A DNA stretch of 64,000 nucleotides from Gammaproteobacteria bacterium (GTDB lineage: Bacteria > Pseudomonadota > Gammaproteobacteria > Enterobacterales > GCA-2746155): contig NVWF01000009.1 of assembly GCA_002746155.1 (NCBI GenBank), positions 48,662-112,661 on the forward strand, read 5' to 3'. This document shows positions 59,696-64,000 of the stretch, piece after piece. The notes beneath the pieces are model-generated. The model searched no databases, was not told the DNA's origin, and worked only from the letters and a program-made list of their open reading frames with translations. Both the position numbers and the translations under genes were made by a program. Position 1 is the stretch's first letter. Each line of letters starts with the position of its first letter.

Positions 59696-61081
59696 TTAAC
59701 TGCCGTAGACCAAGATTGGCAACCAAGTTGCTAGGGAGGGCCAAATTGCTAATAGACATAAAACAAAAAGCTGGATGCCTACGAAGGGAATAACTCCGCG
59801 ATAAATGTCAGTTGTTTTCACCGATTCCGGTGCAACTCCTCTTAAATAAAAGAGTGAAAAACCAAAAGGTGGTGTTAAAAATGATGTTTGTAGATTGATA
59901 GCGATCATGACACCTAACCAAACAGGATCCAGTCCCATCATTAACAAAACGGGTGCAACGATAGGCACTACCACAAAAGTGATTTCAATAAAATCGAGAA
60001 TAAAACCTAATAAAAACATCACCAACATCACCACAATCATGGCACCCACTACGCCACCAGGCATATCGATAAAAATTGATCGAATTAGTTCATCACCTTC
60101 GTAAGCCCGAAATACTAATGAAAAAATAGATGCGCCGATTAAAATTAAAAACACCATACTGCTTGTTTTAGTGGTGGTGAGCATCACTTGGCGCAGCCTA
60201 GCTAGGGTAAACTGCCTTTGAATAACAGCTAAAACCATCGCGCCAACAGCACCAACCGAGGCGGCCTCAGTGGGTGTAGCAAAGCCCTTTAAGATCGAAC
60301 CTAGAACTGCCATGATCAATAACAAGGGTAAAACTAAACTTTTGATGGCTTCAAAAATTCTCGATTGTAAACTGCCCTGCCTATCTACTGCTGGCAGGGC
60401 TGGTGCTAGCTTTGGGTTTCTATAGGCAACAAAGGCAATATAAAGCAGATAACAAAAAACCAATAACATGCCGGGTATGATTGAACCCATAAAAAGATCG
60501 CCCACTGACACAACTTTTGGTGGAAAAATACCTGCCTGGGCTTGTGCCTGTTGGTAGGAACTTGACAGTACATCGCCAAGTAACACAAGCACGATTGAGG
60601 GGGGGATAATTTGTCCCAAGGTTCCAGACGCACAAATGATACCCGTGGCAAGACCTTTATCGTAGCCATTTTTTAACATAATCGGCAAGGATAAAAGACC
60701 CATTGTTACAACGGTTGCACCGACTATACCGGTGCTTGCAGCCAACATCATTCCAACCAAAGTGACACTAAAACCCAGACCACCTGATAACCCACCAAAT
60801 AATCCAGCCATGGAGGATAACATTTTTTCTGCTATTTTAGCCCGCTCCAACATGGCGCCCATAAAAACAAACAAAGGAACTGCAATTAAGGTTTGATTAT
60901 TAATAATGCCAAATAGCCTGTTCGGCATGGCGCTTAAGAGGCTCATATCCACCAGATCGAATAAACTACCAGCAAAAGCAAACATTAGAGCCGTTCCGGC
61001 TAATGATAGAGCAACGGGATAACCTAGCATCAACACCAGACAAACAACGGCAAACATTACAAGAGGCATGAACTCAAGCAT
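59696..61081 (-). CDS. dctM: TRAP transporter large permease
   Basis: 461 aa, polytopic, DctM-type. A 1-nt overlap with the dctQ stop. Confidence 0.9.
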   Translation of the reverse strand: MLEFMPLVMFAVVCLVLMLGYPVALSLAGTALMFAFAGSLFDLVDMSLLSAMPNRLFGIINNQTLIAVPLFVFMGAMLERAKIAEKMLSSMAGLFGGLSGGLGFSVTLVGMMLAASTGIVGATVVTMGLLSLPIMLKNGYDKGLATGIICASGTLGQIIPPSIVLVLLGDVLSSSYQQAQAQAGIFPPKVVSVGDLFMGSIIPGMLLVFCYLLYIAFVAYRNPKLAPALPAVDRQGSLQSRIFEAIKSLVLPLLLIMAVLGSILKGFATPTEAASVGAVGAMVLAVIQRQFTLARLRQVMLTTTKTSSMVFLILIGASIFSLVFRAYEGDELIRSIFIDMPGGVVGAMIVVMLVMFLLGFILDFIEITFVVVPIVAPVLLMMGLDPVWLGVMIAINLQTSFLTPPFGFSLFYLRGVAPESVKTTDIYRGVIPFVGIQLFVLCLLAIWPSLATWLPILVYGS

Positions 61082-61677
61082 TAGCTATTACCCGCTTTTT
61101 TCAATGTCACATAAGGAGATGGGCCAGAAGCAAAGAGGAACAAAGTCGTTTTCAAGAGGTTAGCAAAGCCCTGAAGAATCATCAAAACTGGCATGATCAA
61201 AATCAGGCTTTTTAATAAATATAAGGCGGGTAATCCTCCTGACTCTCCGGAAGATTCATTAATTTTCCAGCTTATGATGACATAATCGAAACTCAGGTAA
61301 AAAATGGTGATGCAAACGGGAAATAACAAAAACAAGGTACCAGCAAGATCGATCCAAGCACGTTTTTGATGAGTCATTGTACGATAAAGAACATCCACCC
61401 GCACATGTTCATCCTGTTGTAAGGTGAAGGCTGCGGCCATTAAAAATATTATACCATGGAGGTAAGTAATAGACTCTTGAAGGGGAATTGAACCAAGCTC
61501 AAAAAGGTAGCGCATGACCACCACTGTAAAAACCAACAACACCATCAGCAGGGTTAGCCAGGAGACGGCTCTGCCACACAAATTACTAAATTTTTCTATC
61601 ACTTTTACAGTGTTAGACAAGCTGACTTGCAATCTACTCATAGATTTCGGATCCCTTGCTGCAAAAATATTATCCAC
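61081..61677 (-). CDS. dctQ: TRAP transporter small permease
   Basis: 198 aa with four TM helices, immediately upstream of dctM. Confidence 0.75.
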   Translation of the reverse strand: MDNIFAARDPKSMSRLQVSLSNTVKVIEKFSNLCGRAVSWLTLLMVLLVFTVVVMRYLFELGSIPLQESITYLHGIIFLMAAAFTLQQDEHVRVDVLYRTMTHQKRAWIDLAGTLFLLFPVCITIFYLSFDYVIISWKINESSGESGGLPALYLLKSLILIMPVLMILQGFANLLKTTLFLFASGPSPYVTLKKAGNS

Positions 61678-61931
61678 AGACCCAACTGATACTTATTAAC
61701 ATTTTCACGCTAAAGAATCACTTAAATTAATGTCTCTATCTTATTGTTTTATATGAAAATAATTTTATAATTTAAGTTATTTCACGATTTTATACTACTG
61801 ATTAAAAATATTCTTGTAATTTTTAACCACAAATCTATCCACAGGCAAGAACAGGCAATTAATTGTTTTATTCCAACTAGTTAGCACTACTTTCTTATCA
61901 TTATTATAAGAGGTGTTAATTAAGTGCTTGA

Positions 61932-62267
61932 TCACCATTCAAAAAATATCCAATTTGGAACTTCTATCTGAGATCCCATATCAGGACCAAGCTTAATGAA
62001 CTCTCCTGTACCCTTTCTATCAATCAAATAGTAAGTGGGCATGCCATTTTTTGGTGTTACTTTTATGGCTCGAAGCTGACCCGCTATATGATACTCTTTT
62101 AACACACTGTCTTTGTTTTCAACAATGGTTATTTCAGCTCGAGGTACAAATCCAGGTTTTACTTTTGGAGCATCCTGTACCGGCTTGGGCTTCTTATCTT
62201 CGGCAGCAAAACTTAAGCTGGCAAAACAAACAACTATCACACTTAATATTAACTTATTCATAGACAA
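61932..62267 (-). CDS. DUF2782-like secreted small protein
   Basis: 111 aa with a signal peptide. EITIVENKDSVLKEYHIAGQLRAIKVTPKNGMPTYYLID is the pattern recalled for DUF2782. This family is commonly next to polA in gammaproteobacteria (from memory). Confidence 0.55.
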   Translation of the reverse strand: MSMNKLILSVIVVCFASLSFAAEDKKPKPVQDAPKVKPGFVPRAEITIVENKDSVLKEYHIAGQLRAIKVTPKNGMPTYYLIDRKGTGEFIKLGPDMGSQIEVPNWIFFEW

Positions 62268-62374
62268 CTCAGCTTCTCATTAGTTAAGAGGATAATCCTT
62301 AAGGATTCGTATACAATCTTCAACCTACAATTATTTAACACCTTCTTTACATATTATAGGCTATTGAATCACAC

Positions 62375-64000
62375 ATGACAGAAAATAAACCACCTTTAAT
62401 ACTCGTTGATGGCTCTTCTTACCTATTTAGAGCTTTTCATGCCATGCCTCCCCTTGAGAATAGTAAAGGAAATCCTACCGGGGCGATATACGGTGTCATC
62501 AATATGATGAAAAAACTCATCGCAGATTATCAGCCAAGCCATCTTGCGATGATTTTTGATGCTAAGGGAAAGACCTTTCGTAACGATCTCTACAGCGACT
62601 ACAAATCCAATCGACCACCCATGCCCGATGACTTGCGTAGTCAAATCCAACCTTTACACGACTTGATCATTGCCATGGGGGTACCTTTGGTGGTGGTCTC
62701 TGGTGTTGAAGCTGACGATGTTATTGGAACCCTTGCAGTTCAGGCCTCAAAGGATAATGTCACCGTACTTATTTCTACCGGTGATAAAGATTTGGCGCAA
62801 TTAGTTACCCCGAACATTGAACTTATTAATACCATGAGTCGGGTGAAACTTGATGTTGAAGGTGTGATGGATAAATTTGCCGTGCGTCCTGATCAAATTA
62901 TTGACTATCTCGCCTTGATGGGAGACACCTCCGATAATATACCTGGAGTACCTAAGGTGGGGCCAAAGACCGCAGCAAAATGGCTTGGCTTATACGACAC
63001 CCTTGAAAACCTTATGGTTCATGCCGACGAGATAAAGGGAAAAGTTGGTGAAAGCCTTAGATTGCATCTTGATCAACTTCCCCTGAGCAAAGAGCTAACG
63101 ACCATTAAATTAGATGTGGCTGACTTACCTATTCACCACAGCTTGAGTTTCAGCGAACCCAATTCAGAGGATCTCATTAGCCTTTTCTCAGAGCTTGAAT
63201 TTAAAACTTGGCTAGGTGAAGCAAAAGCAATTGATCCATCTACTGGAGCCCAAGTTGAAGAAAGTGTAGTTGTTATCGAAACCCAGTATCAAACCATTTT
63301 AGACAAAGCCCAATTTGAAATATGGTTGGATAAACTACAACAATCATCGCTGTTTGCCTTTGACACTGAAACAACCAGTTTGGATTATATGCAAGCTCAG
63401 CTAGTCGGTGTTTCATTTTCTGTAAAAGCCGGAGAAGCGGCCTATGTGCCCTTTGCCCATGACTACATTGGAGCACCTGAGCAACTGGATAAAGAGTATG
63501 TTTTACAAAAACTAAAACCCCTTCTTGAAAATGAAGACTGTGCAAAAGTTGGACAAAATCTTAAATATGACGCCAGTGTACTAGCCAGACAGGGCATAAA
63601 CTTAAAAGGCATACGTTTTGATACCATGCTTGAATCCTATGTGATCAACAGTGTTGGCAATCGACATGATATGAACACCTTGGCTTTGAAATTTCTCAAT
63701 CATCAAACCATACATTTTGAGGATGTGGCTGGTAAAGGGAAAAAACAAATTACCTTTAATCAGGTTGATCTAGAACTAGCTGGCCCCTATGCCGCCGAAG
63801 ACGCCGATATCACCTTGCGATTACACGAAAAATTATGGCCATTAATTGACAAGGAAGAGATGTTAAAATCTGTATTTGAAAACATTGAATTACCCTTAAT
63901 CAAAGTACTTTCCTCCATTGAACGCACCGGTGTCATCGTCGATTCAACTAAGCTGCTTAACCAAAGTTCAGAACTAGCGATTGAAATTGCTCAACTTCAA
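62375..64000 (+). CDS. polA: DNA polymerase I (5' partial; runs off the window end)
   Basis: Not in the ORF track because it has no stop within the window. The ATG at 62375 opens 542 uninterrupted codons. MTENKPPLILVDGSSYLFRAFHAMPPLENSKGNPTGAIYG, followed by the 5'-nuclease and 3'-5' exonuclease domains, is collinear with E. coli PolA. Confidence 0.93.
   Translation, partial: MTENKPPLILVDGSSYLFRAFHAMPPLENSKGNPTGAIYGVINMMKKLIADYQPSHLAMIFDAKGKTFRNDLYSDYKSNRPPMPDDLRSQIQPLHDLIIAMGVPLVVVSGVEADDVIGTLAVQASKDNVTVLISTGDKDLAQLVTPNIELINTMSRVKLDVEGVMDKFAVRPDQIIDYLALMGDTSDNIPGVPKVGPKTAAKWLGLYDTLENLMVHADEIKGKVGESLRLHLDQLPLSKELTTIKLDVADLPIHHSLSFSEPNSEDLISLFSELEFKTWLGEAKAIDPSTGAQVEESVVVIETQYQTILDKAQFEIWLDKLQQSSLFAFDTETTSLDYMQAQLVGVSFSVKAGEAAYVPFAHDYIGAPEQLDKEYVLQKLKPLLENEDCAKVGQNLKYDASVLARQGINLKGIRFDTMLESYVINSVGNRHDMNTLALKFLNHQTIHFEDVAGKGKKQITFNQVDLELAGPYAAEDADITLRLHEKLWPLIDKEEMLKSVFENIELPLIKVLSSIERTGVIVDSTKLLNQSSELAIEIAQLQ

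Noticed and set aside
1-64000. Search by eye for CRISPR arrays, tRNA/rRNA genes, IS elements, integrases, phage genes, toxin-antitoxin pairs or defence islands
   Set aside because: I saw no spaced direct-repeat arrays, no transposase/integrase-like ORFs and no tRNA-like cloverleaf candidates. Non-coding gaps are all under 270 nt and look like ordinary promoter or terminator regions. This is a manual reading only, so small RNAs cannot be excluded.

Overview
This is a chromosomal segment from an AT-rich gammaproteobacterium; the lineage guess rests on gene content and protein signatures, and no tools were run. I support about 57 protein-coding genes. The ORF track misses an open-ended polA at the right edge (62375..64000).

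Contents, left to right:
- An uncharacterised enzyme cluster: FMN-dependent GltB-like protein, formyltransferase, PqqB-like MBL, ceramidase-like 7TM protein, GT2-like protein.
- maeA, an HTH-REC response regulator, and pntAB.
- A PAS protein with a degenerate GGDEF domain.
- An SOS module: lexA divergent from a Y-family polymerase gene, which is followed by a small Met-Cys-initiated ORF.
- An orphan HisA-like gene, a frameshifted DUF445 pseudogene, a coiled-coil orphan, a VOC protein, and a 7TMR-DISM diguanylate cyclase.
- glpTQ, a 1004-aa DUF748 protein, MscS, an Aer-like MCP, an RND/MMPL exporter, UspE, an ABC-2 exporter, and a Na/Pi symporter.
- A badly decayed ggt pseudogene.
- A putative zinc-starvation island: folE2 and an M23 peptidase (followed by a Trm112/YcaR-like gene), divergent from a Cys-depleted dksA2-like gene.
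- A 16-gene MSHA type IV pilus cluster (mshI1 to mshP, 38941..52192, minus strand) that lacks mshH and mshQ.
- Cytochrome c5, head-to-head rep and uvrD, a TRAP transporter with an MCP gene sitting between dctQM and dctP, DUF2782, and polA.

I found no rRNA, tRNA, CRISPR array, IS element, transposase or integrase.

I see no clear-cut novel multi-gene system. The best candidates for something undescribed are:
- The lexA / Y-polymerase / Cys2 mini-protein cassette, with a non-canonical TACTAC-N8-GTAGTA dyad where an SOS box would be expected.
- The sensor-less MCP embedded in the TRAP locus.
- The secreted PqqB-like / ceramidase-like / GT2-like operon.

All functional calls are motif- and memory-based and need database confirmation.
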